This document shows, one piece after another, positions 38,758 through 48,670 of a stretch of DNA of 64,000 nucleotides. A program made the translations under genes and the position numbers. The stretch is from NCBI GenBank assembly GCA_964632315.1, contig CAZWEM010000001.1:96001-160000 (forward strand), written 5' to 3'. The number at the start of each line of letters is the position of its first letter. The stretch's first letter is position 1. The notes beneath the pieces are model-generated. The model saw nothing but the letters and a program-made list of their open reading frames with translations. It was not told the origin of the DNA and made no database searches. Source of the DNA: an uncultured archaeon. Lineage in GTDB: Archaea > Asgardarchaeota > Lokiarchaeia > Sigyniarchaeales > SOKP01.

Positions 38758-40122
38758 ATGAATGAATCACAAGAGTTAATTCGAACTAAAAAATCTACGG
38801 GACAAAAATTATTATATGCTTCGCCAAGGCTTGGGACATCTATTGTGCTTGGGATCGAAAGTTGGGCTTTATTGACTTTATACACATCTGGGTTTGGAGT
38901 TCCTCCATTATTAGTTGGCTTTGCATTAGCTATGGGATATTTAACTATAGCGCTAGCTCAATTTTCATTTGGTTGGTTTAGTGATATGAAATATACTAAA
39001 TTAGGCAGGAGAAAACCCTATCTTCTGATTTTTGCACCACTATTAGGCATATCAATTATATTCTTACTATTACCAGACTTATTTTTACCCGACCTTAATA
39101 ATACATTCGCATTATTCATATGGTTGTTAATTTGGGATATAATCTTTAGGGCTAGTTATGCTTCTACGACACCTTACCAAGCTTGGATGGCTGAGCTATT
39201 TACAGTTGAAGAAAGACCAAAAACCTCTCAATACCAAAACACATTCAATTTCATTGGAAATGGTGTTATGGCAATATTTACGCTCTTTTCTCTCACTAGA
39301 TACATTGATTTATTGGAAGGAGCCCCTTCTAATGTCTATCCAGCAGCTCCTTTTGATTATCTCATACCTATTATTATCTTTGGAATTCTTGTATTCGCTC
39401 TATTTTATTTATTAAGCTTTTTGATGCCTACAGAGCCAAGGTATAATATAGAATCCAAACTTCTTGAGAGCCTTAGAGTTACAGTGCAAAATTCCAACTT
39501 TATGAAAGTTGTTTTAATGGTGGGAATTTCTGGTTTTGGATGGACAATGATTACCTCAGGAATGCTAAAATATGCTCAAGATGCTTTACATTTGAATACT
39601 ATGGATTATGTAATTGTCGCTGCGTCCTTACTTATTAGTATTTTCATATTTTTATATATTTGGAGAGTTTTAATTGAAAGAAGAGGAAAAAAACCAACAT
39701 TATTATATGTATTCCTATTAGGCGTCGTATTTCTCCCAATTACGCTTCTAGCCTTAATCCAAATGACCAATTTTCTAATTTTGGGGGTTATATTCATTAT
39801 AGGCATTGGAGCAATATTAGGAGGATGGTTTTTATTTCCTTATATCGTTTATGCAGATATTGCTGAAGATGATGAAAAATCAACTGGTAACCTAAAAGCT
39901 GGAACCTATGCAGGATTTCCGTCAATCATTCTTAACATTTTTCAAGCTGCAGGGGTATTTTTAAACGGTGTATTGTTTGGATTGCCTCTTATTTCCAACG
40001 GGGTAGGAGAACCCTTCACATTAGGCTTGGTATTCTTTGGACCAATTTCTTCAGTGATCTTATTAATTTCCTATTTTTACACTCGAAGATATGTAAATCT
40101 TGATTTTAAATGGGAAAAATAA
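38758..40122 (+). CDS. MFS transporter, GPH/MelB-like family
   Basis: GWFSD..TKLGRRKPY, PYQAWMAEL..ER, ADIAEDDE..G..KAG. Confidence 0.9.
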   Translation: MNESQELIRTKKSTGQKLLYASPRLGTSIVLGIESWALLTLYTSGFGVPPLLVGFALAMGYLTIALAQFSFGWFSDMKYTKLGRRKPYLLIFAPLLGISIIFLLLPDLFLPDLNNTFALFIWLLIWDIIFRASYASTTPYQAWMAELFTVEERPKTSQYQNTFNFIGNGVMAIFTLFSLTRYIDLLEGAPSNVYPAAPFDYLIPIIIFGILVFALFYLLSFLMPTEPRYNIESKLLESLRVTVQNSNFMKVVLMVGISGFGWTMITSGMLKYAQDALHLNTMDYVIVAASLLISIFIFLYIWRVLIERRGKKPTLLYVFLLGVVFLPITLLALIQMTNFLILGVIFIIGIGAILGGWFLFPYIVYADIAEDDEKSTGNLKAGTYAGFPSIILNIFQAAGVFLNGVLFGLPLISNGVGEPFTLGLVFFGPISSVILLISYFYTRRYVNLDFKWEK

Positions 40123-40192
40123 AAGTAATACATAATTTTTTCTTTTTTTATAATTTTTAGTTAAAGAAAAATATGAATGAATATTATTCATT

Positions 40193-41563
40193 TTGGATAT
40201 GAAAATAACTGATAAAGTATTAGAGATTTACAAAGATTACTCAATTTGCCCTCATTGTCTTGGAAGAATGTTTTCTCTTTTAGCAACTAACACGACTAAT
40301 ATCGAACGTGGAAATTCAATTCTCTTAACAATAACTATGCAACTTCATAAAGAATATTTATCAAAAACCGAAACTGCCCTTGATTCAGTTATAGTTAACT
40401 TAAAAAATATTGCTGAAAGAGGCAAATATTTACCAGCTCGAATGGTATTAGAAAATGAAGGTTTAGATTTTTCAACCCAATATGATGAAGACAAGTGCTA
40501 TTTATGCCAAGATATCTTTACAAATCTAAATACATTTGCTGAAAGTGCGATTAAAGAACTCGAAACTTATGAGTATGATAGTTTACTCGTGGGAACAAAT
40601 TTGAATGCAGAAATTGTAAACCGAGAAGATACGTTCAAAGCAAGGTATAAAATTTTAGAATCTGAGTCATTTAAAAGTCATTTTAACAGAGAAGTAGGCA
40701 AAATTTTAACTCAAAGGGTAAATAAACCTACAGAATTCAATAATCCGGACATTACGGTCATTTTTTCTCTAAATTATGATTCATTTACCATTGATTTATT
40801 AATAAGATCATTGTTTATCTATGGGAAATATCAAAAATTGATAAGAGGGATTCCACAGACTCATTGGGATTGCGGAATATGTCGAGGATCCGGTTGTGAA
40901 GCTTGCAATTACACAGGTAAGCAATATCCTACAAGCGTGGAAGAATTAATTAATCCAAAGTTTAAGGAAGCTTCAAAATCAAACTCTTCGAAATTTCATG
41001 GGGCGGGTAGAGAAGATATAGATGTAAGGATGTTAGGAAATGGTCGCCCTTTTATCTTAGAACTCAAAAATCCAGTGATTAGACATCTTGATTTAAAAAA
41101 GCTAAAAAAAAATGTAAATAAAAAAAATAAAAAAAGAATAAAAATTACTGATTTGAGATATAGTTCCAAAGATGAAGTCAAGCAAATCAAGTTTAAAGCG
41201 GAAAAGGTTAAAAAACAATACCTTGCATTAGTTGAAAGCCCCAATTTAAATTTTTCAAAGGACCAATTCTTATTATTTCTAAGGAAATTCGATAATCAGA
41301 TAATTGGGAAGACTATTCATCAAGAAACCCCATTAAGAGTCTCTCACCGCCGTGCTGATAAGATAAGAGAAAAAAAAATTTATAACGTAGAGGGAACATT
41401 CATAAAACCATCAATTTTTAAGTTCTTAATTGAAACCCAAGGTGGGACTTACGTAAAAGAGCTTATCAACGGGGATCAGGGAAGAACAAATCCCTCTTTT
41501 TCAAAAATCTTTGGAACTCCTCTAATTTGTAAGGAATTAGATGTAGTTCATATTGGTCAGTAA
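40193..41563 (+). CDS. pus10: tRNA pseudouridine(54/55) synthase Pus10
   Basis: CPHCLGR, FNREVGK, RGIPQTHW, HGAGREDIDVRMLG.GRPF, TPLRVSHRRA, GGTYVKELI. Confidence 0.96.
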   Translation: MDMKITDKVLEIYKDYSICPHCLGRMFSLLATNTTNIERGNSILLTITMQLHKEYLSKTETALDSVIVNLKNIAERGKYLPARMVLENEGLDFSTQYDEDKCYLCQDIFTNLNTFAESAIKELETYEYDSLLVGTNLNAEIVNREDTFKARYKILESESFKSHFNREVGKILTQRVNKPTEFNNPDITVIFSLNYDSFTIDLLIRSLFIYGKYQKLIRGIPQTHWDCGICRGSGCEACNYTGKQYPTSVEELINPKFKEASKSNSSKFHGAGREDIDVRMLGNGRPFILELKNPVIRHLDLKKLKKNVNKKNKKRIKITDLRYSSKDEVKQIKFKAEKVKKQYLALVESPNLNFSKDQFLLFLRKFDNQIIGKTIHQETPLRVSHRRADKIREKKIYNVEGTFIKPSIFKFLIETQGGTYVKELINGDQGRTNPSFSKIFGTPLICKELDVVHIGQ

Positions 41564-41712
41564 ATTGGGCCTTTTATCTAAAATGAAAAACTAAATAAAC
41601 TATCTTTCACATAATTACTAAATTATAAATTTAAAGAACTTTATTACGGAGTGCTGTATTACCGAAACTAAAGATACAATAAAAGTTCTCAGCAATTTAT
41701 TGGTGTTCGAAA

Positions 41713-42024
41713 ATGACCCTTCATAAAGGATATAGGAATAAAACACGCAAAAGACACAGAAGAAATACTAGAGACAAAGGACTTGGCTCAATAGAGAAAT
41801 ATTTAATTGATTTTGAAATAAATAATAAGGTAGATATTATAACTAATTCTTCCCAACATAAACGTGGAATGCCTCATAGAAGATATCACGGTTTAACTGG
41901 CACTATTATTGGAAAACGGGGAAGATGTTTTGAAGTTCAAGTTAAACAAGGAAATTCAACAAAAAAGTTAATAATAGGAAGAGAACATTTAAGACTGAAT
42001 TCATCATCACTTAAAGCAATATAA
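41713..42024 (+). CDS. rpl21e: 50S ribosomal protein L21e
   Basis: GYRNKTR, GMPHRRYHGLTG, EHLR; conserved position after pus10. Confidence 0.95.
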   Translation: MTLHKGYRNKTRKRHRRNTRDKGLGSIEKYLIDFEINNKVDIITNSSQHKRGMPHRRYHGLTGTIIGKRGRCFEVQVKQGNSTKKLIIGREHLRLNSSSLKAI

Positions 42025-42043
42025 ATGATCATATGAGAAAATT

Positions 42044-42409
42044 ATGTCAGGCCGAAAATTAAATGAAAGGACGGTATCTGTTCCAGAAGTTAAGAAAATA
42101 ATGGAAGATGTTAAAACAAAGATTGAAGAAATTGATATGGAAGAAGGAATATCACACTTTCAAGAGATAACATATAATTACGTAAACAAGTTTGCTAAAA
42201 TGAGTGAAATAGATGCAAAAAAAATCCAAAAATTCTTAATGGAAAAATATGAGATTGAGGAAGTTTATGCAATTAATATTGTTAATATTGATCCTCAAAC
42301 CGTCCCAGAATTACGTATGATATTAGAAAAAAGTGTCAATGGAAAAAGTTTAAACGATGATCAACTCCAAGATCTTCTATACCAAATAGACGAACTTAAA
42401 TCATCGTAA
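42044..42409 (+). CDS. rpoF: RNA polymerase subunit Rpo4 (F)
   Basis: VSVPEVK, YVNKFAK, INIVNIDP..ELR.IL; conserved synteny. Confidence 0.9.
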   Translation: MSGRKLNERTVSVPEVKKIMEDVKTKIEEIDMEEGISHFQEITYNYVNKFAKMSEIDAKKIQKFLMEKYEIEEVYAINIVNIDPQTVPELRMILEKSVNGKSLNDDQLQDLLYQIDELKSS

Positions 42410-42576
42410 AGTAATACTAATTTCTTAATTAACAAATTTGAACTTTTCATAGCGAAGAATTTAAAAAGTCTTAAATCTATAAATTTTAATGAGAAATCCT
42501 TTTTAAAAAAGGAATATTTAAAATAAAAATTGATTATGGATATCTGGAAAGTTAAACAAAATCAAAGTTGGTGTGA

Positions 42577-43227
42577 ATGGAAAGATCTCGAGATCGATAC
42601 AGACGGTCACCTCGAAGAGATAATTATAGAAGGAGAGACTCGGGGGGTAAAAAGCAATTTATTAAGAAATTTCGAGAACTTATCATACTAGATCTTCTTT
42701 TACATGGCCATCCTGAGGAAGACAAGCCAAGTTGGTCAAAAACTCCACTCGCACAAGTTATTACATTTCCAGATTTTGTACTTTATGAGGTAAAAATCAA
42801 TAGAGATTCAGATATTAAAGTGCAAGAAAAAAATACCTATGAAGCATTCCTCAAGCAAAATAAATTAAAGGACGTCCTAAAAAAAATCGATTATGATGAT
42901 CTAACTAATACTTCAAAAGCATTGATACAACCTATACTTGAACAAGAAGTAATGAATTATGAAGAGGAATTTATCAATTTCTTTAATAATTCAACAGCAA
43001 TCACCCCTCGGATGCACGCTTTAAAACTATTACCTGGTGTGGGCCAAAAGCATATGTGGGAAATTCTTGAAGCAAGAAATCGACAAAAGTTTACAACATT
43101 CCAAGATATCTCTGATAGAACCAGTATCTCTCATCCTGCGAGATTAATTGCCCAAAGAATTATTAAAGAATTGGAAAGAGAAGGAGTAAAATATTACTTA
43201 TTTTCGAAGACTCAGAAATATGAATGA
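42577..43227 (+). CDS. DUF655 putative RNA-binding protein with Arg/Ser/Asp-rich N-terminus
   Basis: LDLL.HG, P.AQ, YDDLT, FFN..ITPRMHAL.LLPGVG.K.MW, F..F.DI..R. Confidence 0.92.
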   Translation: MERSRDRYRRSPRRDNYRRRDSGGKKQFIKKFRELIILDLLLHGHPEEDKPSWSKTPLAQVITFPDFVLYEVKINRDSDIKVQEKNTYEAFLKQNKLKDVLKKIDYDDLTNTSKALIQPILEQEVMNYEEEFINFFNNSTAITPRMHALKLLPGVGQKHMWEILEARNRQKFTTFQDISDRTSISHPARLIAQRIIKELEREGVKYYLFSKTQKYE

Positions 43228-44078
43228 ATACGATGACTCTAAAAGAAACTATTTCAGTTCTTAAAAAGCTTGATATCAAACCTTCAAAAAAACTCGGACA
43301 AAACTTTTTAGTTGATAAGAATGTCTTAAAAAAAATCCTCTTAAAATCAAACCTTACTACCTTGGAGACTGTCGTTGAAGTTGGAGCAGGTTTAGGGACA
43401 TTAACAAGGGAAATATCGAAAATCGCAAAAAAAGTAATCTCATATGAAATTGATAAAAGATTATATGATTATTTGATGCTTGAATTATCTGTTTATGATA
43501 ATATTGAATTAATCAATGATGATGTATTAAAGTCAGAAATCCCTCATCATGACAAAATTATTTCAAATACACCCTATACAATAACTGGTCCCTTATTAGA
43601 AAAGTTATTTTATCATCCTAAATCTTGTCCTGGAACGTTAATCATAGAAAAATCTATTAGCACAAAATTAGAAAATTATAAAGATTACCAGAATTTTTCT
43701 CGAATAGCAATCACTTTCAATGCTTTTATGATTTGTACTGAAACTTATGATGTGTCAAGAAATAGTTTTTTTCCGCGACCAAAAATCAATTTAAGTCTAA
43801 TAAATATTGTTCCACGACCTAAAACTAAATCATTTCTCCTAGAAAGTCAAACTAGGCAATTTTTCATTAAATTCATATCTGGATTAACTCAATATAAAAA
43901 TAAAACAATCTCAAATGCAATAGATTTATTCATAAAGAACGAAACATCTCTGAATCTGTCAAAATCAGAAGTAAATCATTTAATTAATACAATGCAAATC
44001 GAAAAACAAAAGCTTTTTATGCTCGATACAGAAACCCTTATCAAAATATGTGAAAAGTTATATCAATTTATAGGTTAA
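43224..44078 (+). CDS. ksgA: 16S rRNA m6,2A dimethyltransferase KsgA/Dim1
   Basis: KKLGQNFL, EVGAGLGTLT, EID, SNTPY, FFPRPK. Confidence 0.93.
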   Translation: MNTMTLKETISVLKKLDIKPSKKLGQNFLVDKNVLKKILLKSNLTTLETVVEVGAGLGTLTREISKIAKKVISYEIDKRLYDYLMLELSVYDNIELINDDVLKSEIPHHDKIISNTPYTITGPLLEKLFYHPKSCPGTLIIEKSISTKLENYKDYQNFSRIAITFNAFMICTETYDVSRNSFFPRPKINLSLINIVPRPKTKSFLLESQTRQFFIKFISGLTQYKNKTISNAIDLFIKNETSLNLSKSEVNHLINTMQIEKQKLFMLDTETLIKICEKLYQFIG

Positions 44079-44083
44079 ATGAG

Positions 44084-44755
44084 ATGGTTAGTATGAATTT
44101 TCAAGATCCTATTATTAATAACATATTTAAAGATGTTTACTCTCCTTCTGATGATTCTTATCTGATTCTTGATTTTCTAAAAAATGTAATCACGGATTAC
44201 AAATTTGATGATCTCCCCATTCAAGAGATAAAACAAATTCTAGATATGGGTACTGGTACTGGTATAATTGCTATTTTTCTTGAAATGGTTAAATCAAGGG
44301 TTAATTCACTTCAATGTAGGATTTATGCTTCAGATATCATCCCAAATGCAATCCATAGCGCAAAGTTAAATGCAAAATTAAATAAAGTGAATAATAGAAT
44401 TACATTTATTGAATCTAACCTTTTTAAATCGTTTCCTCAAGATTTAAGTCACTCTTTCGATATTATTATTTTCAATCCCCCCTATCTACCCTCCATTGAA
44501 AATTCTGCGAAAAAATATAGAGATTACACATGGAATGGAGGAGATACTGGATTAGAAATAATACATGATTTCTTTAAACAAGTGAAAAATTTTCTTTCAA
44601 ATCGTGGTGTAATTTACTTCATTTGTTCAAGTAATTCCCTTGTTAAATCACTTGTAACTCAATTAACTTCAAATAATTTTCTTGTTGAAGAAGTAGATAA
44701 AATTCATTTTTTCTTTGAAGATATCATATTAAATAAAGCCAAAGTTAAGAATTAG
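44084..44755 (+). CDS. HemK2/N6AMT1-like release-factor glutamine methyltransferase
   Basis: VYSPSDDSYL, LDMGTGTG, FNPPYLP, WNGG..G. Confidence 0.9.
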   Translation: MVSMNFQDPIINNIFKDVYSPSDDSYLILDFLKNVITDYKFDDLPIQEIKQILDMGTGTGIIAIFLEMVKSRVNSLQCRIYASDIIPNAIHSAKLNAKLNKVNNRITFIESNLFKSFPQDLSHSFDIIIFNPPYLPSIENSAKKYRDYTWNGGDTGLEIIHDFFKQVKNFLSNRGVIYFICSSNSLVKSLVTQLTSNNFLVEEVDKIHFFFEDIILNKAKVKN

Positions 44756-46032
44756 AATGGTCTTCTAGTTCTTCTTTTTTCAATTAACTTAATACCATTC
44801 TTGGTTAAGCTCCTTTTTAGACTATTAAAAAGGATGTTTAATTCTGCGGATTTAAAGACTGCTCTTCTGTGAGCTTCAATTTGGGGGATTGGTAAACCAT
44901 AATGATTATTATAACTTGAAATAGGCAGAATTATGGAACTAATCAGGTCTGCTTTTTTTGATGCTTCATCTAATGTATCATCTTCATCCATTAAGTATTC
45001 GATTCTGCAAGGAGTATCATATTTTGCTGTTTTGAGATAAAATGCATAGAAATTATGGGGAAAATAATATGGAATTTCTCTTTTAATACTTGTCTCACGA
45101 ATTTTTTCGATATCATTTTTACAGTTAAATATGCAAGATCGTTCAGATTTACGTAAAAACCGGTTATAAAAATCCATATCTGAGAAATAATCTATAACTT
45201 GACGGTAATTTACTTTAATAAAATCAGTTAAGTGATGCATATTTGGTTTTAATAATTGTATTCCACTTCTTAATGAATGAATGAGTGCTGAAGTTCTCGT
45301 ATCTTTAATTGAACCAATAAGAATGACACCTTTTTCATGACAATTAGAATACAGTTTTCGATACTCTCTCAGAAGCATGTCATATTTCTGGGAAATTTCA
45401 AGATCTTTTCCAAAAATTAGATTTATTGGCATTAGAACTATAGAACCATCTATGATAATAAGATCAATATTATCTGCTTTTTCAATTAATTCGTTTAATA
45501 GACTAATTTCCATGAATTTCATATCAATTGAGGTGTATGCTTCAACAGTAGACTCATCTCTATTAAGATAGTTTCCTTGTACCCTGTAATTATTAAATCC
45601 ACTTAAATCAGGATAGTATTCTATTTTTGAAGAATGATTTTCATAAAAATAATACCTCACACAAATTGCCTTTAGGAACGAAAAATCAACATTCATGAAT
45701 TTTTTGACAACAGAACTTCCATCAACGCTTACTACATTTAATCCACTAATATTTGCAGGTTTTATAACCTTATTTAGAATGTTTTCCTTGATGAGAAATC
45801 CTTCATCTCCATAGAATTCAGAAAAATCTAGTTCTTTTAAGTTCTTTCTAATAATCTCTATAAAATTTTTCTTAAATTTTTCAATCTCTATGTATTCTTG
45901 CGCCAAATCCTTTAGATCTCGCAGAAGTAGTTGTTCTTTAGTTAATCCTAACATCTCACTATCATATTTTTTATTAAAATCCCCTTCTGGATCTCGATCT
46001 TCGAAAAACGTAAACGTGTTCTTAATTGTCAT
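44752..46032 (-). CDS. nurA: NurA-family nuclease
   Basis: SVDGS, IIIDGS, GSIK, R.E, YGLP..Q.EAH..A. Confidence 0.82.
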   Translation of the reverse strand: MTIKNTFTFFEDRDPEGDFNKKYDSEMLGLTKEQLLLRDLKDLAQEYIEIEKFKKNFIEIIRKNLKELDFSEFYGDEGFLIKENILNKVIKPANISGLNVVSVDGSSVVKKFMNVDFSFLKAICVRYYFYENHSSKIEYYPDLSGFNNYRVQGNYLNRDESTVEAYTSIDMKFMEISLLNELIEKADNIDLIIIDGSIVLMPINLIFGKDLEISQKYDMLLREYRKLYSNCHEKGVILIGSIKDTRTSALIHSLRSGIQLLKPNMHHLTDFIKVNYRQVIDYFSDMDFYNRFLRKSERSCIFNCKNDIEKIRETSIKREIPYYFPHNFYAFYLKTAKYDTPCRIEYLMDEDDTLDEASKKADLISSIILPISSYNNHYGLPIPQIEAHRRAVFKSAELNILFNSLKRSLTKNGIKLIEKRRTRRPF

Positions 46033-46121
46033 TATTGTTCAATATAAAGGAGATAATAATAATAATGATGAGAGATTTAGTTTAATAATTTTCAGAGTAA
46101 ATATAAGCTCTCTTAATAACA

Positions 46122-46772
46122 ATGTTAAGTCAAACTGGAAGTAATAATCTTTTATTAATTCTTATTACGTTTCTAGAGTTACTTTTATTAGCAATTCCAA
46201 TCACTTTCATCTATTTTCTCAAAAAAGAACCCCTCTCATATCAACTAAAAATTATGGGGTTTGACTATTCACAATATAACCTTAAAAGGGTCCTAATTTG
46301 CATATTTGAAGGCATTTTGATCGGTAGCTTATTTTTATTAATCGCAAATTGGTTAATTTATAGCTCTGAAATAATTGTTTCATATGTATTTGGAGATGCT
46401 TTTATTCAAGATGCAATAAACAATGCCATCAATGTAGAACCAACGAGACCAAATCCCTTGGAACTTACCATAATTGTTATATTACAGTTTCTAATTGTGG
46501 GTCCATGTGAAGAGGGTTTTTTTCGAGGATTCTTATTTAAAAAACTTCGAACAAAATTAAATTTTATCTTGAGCTTGTTGCTCTCTTCAGCAACTTTCGC
46601 ATTTTATCACGTTCCACCTTTCATAGTTCCTTTTTCTACTATTATCTTCTATTTTGGGTACTTCTTTGCTCTTGGTATACTGCTTACGCTCTTATACTCA
46701 CTTAATAGAGGGTTGTTATTACCATGCATCATCACGCACTCGATCTTTAATATGATCGTGTTAATCACGTGA
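46122..46772 (+). CDS. CPBP-family (Abi/Rce1-like) intramembrane glutamic protease
   Basis: Intact EEGFFRG, FAFYH and HSIFN motifs. Confidence 0.92.
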   Translation: MLSQTGSNNLLLILITFLELLLLAIPITFIYFLKKEPLSYQLKIMGFDYSQYNLKRVLICIFEGILIGSLFLLIANWLIYSSEIIVSYVFGDAFIQDAINNAINVEPTRPNPLELTIIVILQFLIVGPCEEGFFRGFLFKKLRTKLNFILSLLLSSATFAFYHVPPFIVPFSTIIFYFGYFFALGILLTLLYSLNRGLLLPCIITHSIFNMIVLIT

Positions 46773-46946
46773 ATCAAGCTTTCAAAAAAGTAACTTTTTA
46801 AGAAGAAAGATTAAATAATACTAGAGATAATGTTTATTAAACGAAATTGAAGTAACAACTGAATTTAAAACAAACTATCGAGATTCTTTTTTATTAGAAT
46901 TTTTATTTAAAAATGCTCAAGAAATTATAGATTTGGATAAATTAAT

Positions 46947-47474
46947 TTGACCGATTTTGATTATACCTTCAAGGTAATGATGTTGGGGGATGCATCTGTA
47001 GGGAAAACATCACTCACAATAAGATATATTTCTGGATTCTTCCTTGAAGATCTTAAATTAACGATCGGGGTAGATTTTTATTCTAAAAACATACTATTTC
47101 GTGATAATAGAGTAAAATTACAAATCTGGGATTTTGGAGGAGAAGAAAGGTTCCGCTTTTTGCTTTCTCAATATTGTAAAGGGGCTAATGCCGCATTTTT
47201 TTTGTATGATATCACAAATGCAAGAACATTAGAACATTTATCTGCTTGGACAGATCTTATCCGTAAACATGCTGGGCAAATTCCAATCATGTTGATCGGT
47301 TCAAAATTGGATTTGGCGGAGTTTCGAGCCGTTGAGAGAGAAGAAGGAATAAACGCAGCTAAAAATCATAACATTTCTGCTTTCATCGAATTATCCTCGA
47401 AAACAGGACAAAACGTTGAAGAAGCCTTTAAAACGATGGCAGAAATTCTTTTTGAAACGTATGGGGAAGATTAA
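46947..47474 (+). CDS. Rab-like small GTPase
   Basis: GDASVGKT, TIGVDF, LQIWDFGGEERF, GSKLD, LSSK.G.NV. Confidence 0.94.
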   Translation: MTDFDYTFKVMMLGDASVGKTSLTIRYISGFFLEDLKLTIGVDFYSKNILFRDNRVKLQIWDFGGEERFRFLLSQYCKGANAAFFLYDITNARTLEHLSAWTDLIRKHAGQIPIMLIGSKLDLAEFRAVEREEGINAAKNHNISAFIELSSKTGQNVEEAFKTMAEILFETYGED

Positions 47475-47552
47475 AATTTAACTTGGTTGAATAATAATTT
47501 TATTTGAATTATATTTTAAATATAACACTTGAAATTTTAGTAAATCGTATCT

Positions 47553-48560
47553 ATGTCAAATAAATACTCAATATACTCAACTGGAGATACTAAAGAAATT
47601 ATTACTTATTTACAATTAGGCACAAAAATTCCTAATCTTTACGATTTTTATGACACTATTTACCATGATTTAGAATATTTTAGTACTCAAGCCTGGATTG
47701 TGAAAGATGAAGGAAATCCAATTGGATTTTGCCTAATTTTTTATCATAATAGTGAAGAATTATATTTTGGATTTTTTAACATTCTTGATCACAATGAATT
47801 TTGTATTGAATTTTTAATACAAGAATTAAAAAAATATGCTGAAAAAAATGGATTTCAAAGAATTAGAGGTCCTATTAACATTCCAACCATAATTTTTGGT
47901 TGGGGTTTTATGGAAGCAGGTAGTAGAGGAGATTTATTTATTGGCAAACCCTTAAATCCTCCTATTTATCAAAAACTTTTTCTCAAACAAGGATTTTTAA
48001 TACGAACAAGACAAAATACTTGGGAAGGCAAAATCCCTAATTTGAAGCCCTTTCTCACAATTTATGACCTTTCTAAATATGAATTTTTCAATTTTCAGAG
48101 TTGGGAAAAATTTGACTCTTTTATTGACCAATTTTTCCTTTTATCAGCAAAGAATTTAGATCCCGAATCTGTTTTAACTCCTTGTATTGATAAATTATTT
48201 CCGAATTATATTAATTTCACAAAAATGTATGGCAAAGAATTTTTTTTTTCCTTTGCAAGAGTTAAAAAAACAAAAGAAATGGTTGGAACGATTGCTTGTT
48301 TACCTAATCCATTCAGAAAGAATTTTTTAGGAAAATTGGATTCATTTGTAATATTTTCAATAGCTGTAAATAAAATTCACCGAAAAAACGGTATAGGATG
48401 GGGATTATTGGATTATGTTTTTACCAAAGCTTATAGACAAGGAATAAATTTTATGTCTGCTCCAATTGAGAGTACTCAAGATGCAACTAAATATATGTCA
48501 CACAAAGGAGAACTTCAAAAATCTCGTTCTCATATTATATTAGAATACAAAGTAGAATAA
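47553..48560 (+). CDS. Tandem-GNAT acyltransferase, YghO-like
   Basis: YFGFF, IRGPIN, G...G, P.NPPIY..L...GF; C-terminal acyl-CoA motif AV...HRKNGIG. Confidence 0.75.
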   Translation: MSNKYSIYSTGDTKEIITYLQLGTKIPNLYDFYDTIYHDLEYFSTQAWIVKDEGNPIGFCLIFYHNSEELYFGFFNILDHNEFCIEFLIQELKKYAEKNGFQRIRGPINIPTIIFGWGFMEAGSRGDLFIGKPLNPPIYQKLFLKQGFLIRTRQNTWEGKIPNLKPFLTIYDLSKYEFFNFQSWEKFDSFIDQFFLLSAKNLDPESVLTPCIDKLFPNYINFTKMYGKEFFFSFARVKKTKEMVGTIACLPNPFRKNFLGKLDSFVIFSIAVNKIHRKNGIGWGLLDYVFTKAYRQGINFMSAPIESTQDATKYMSHKGELQKSRSHIILEYKVE

Positions 48561-48670
48561 ATTTAAAAATCAAATCTAAAATTTTAACCATTGTTTAAGT
48601 ATTGAAAATGAACTTTAAATATTCTCCAAATAATTAAATATTAAAGTAAATCTACTTTCTTTATATTTTA

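Noticed and set aside
46122-47474. CAAX-type protease next to a Rab-like GTPase as a prenylation-processing pair
   Set aside because: The GTPase ends in ETYGED with no cysteine, so it has no CAAX or CC substrate motif
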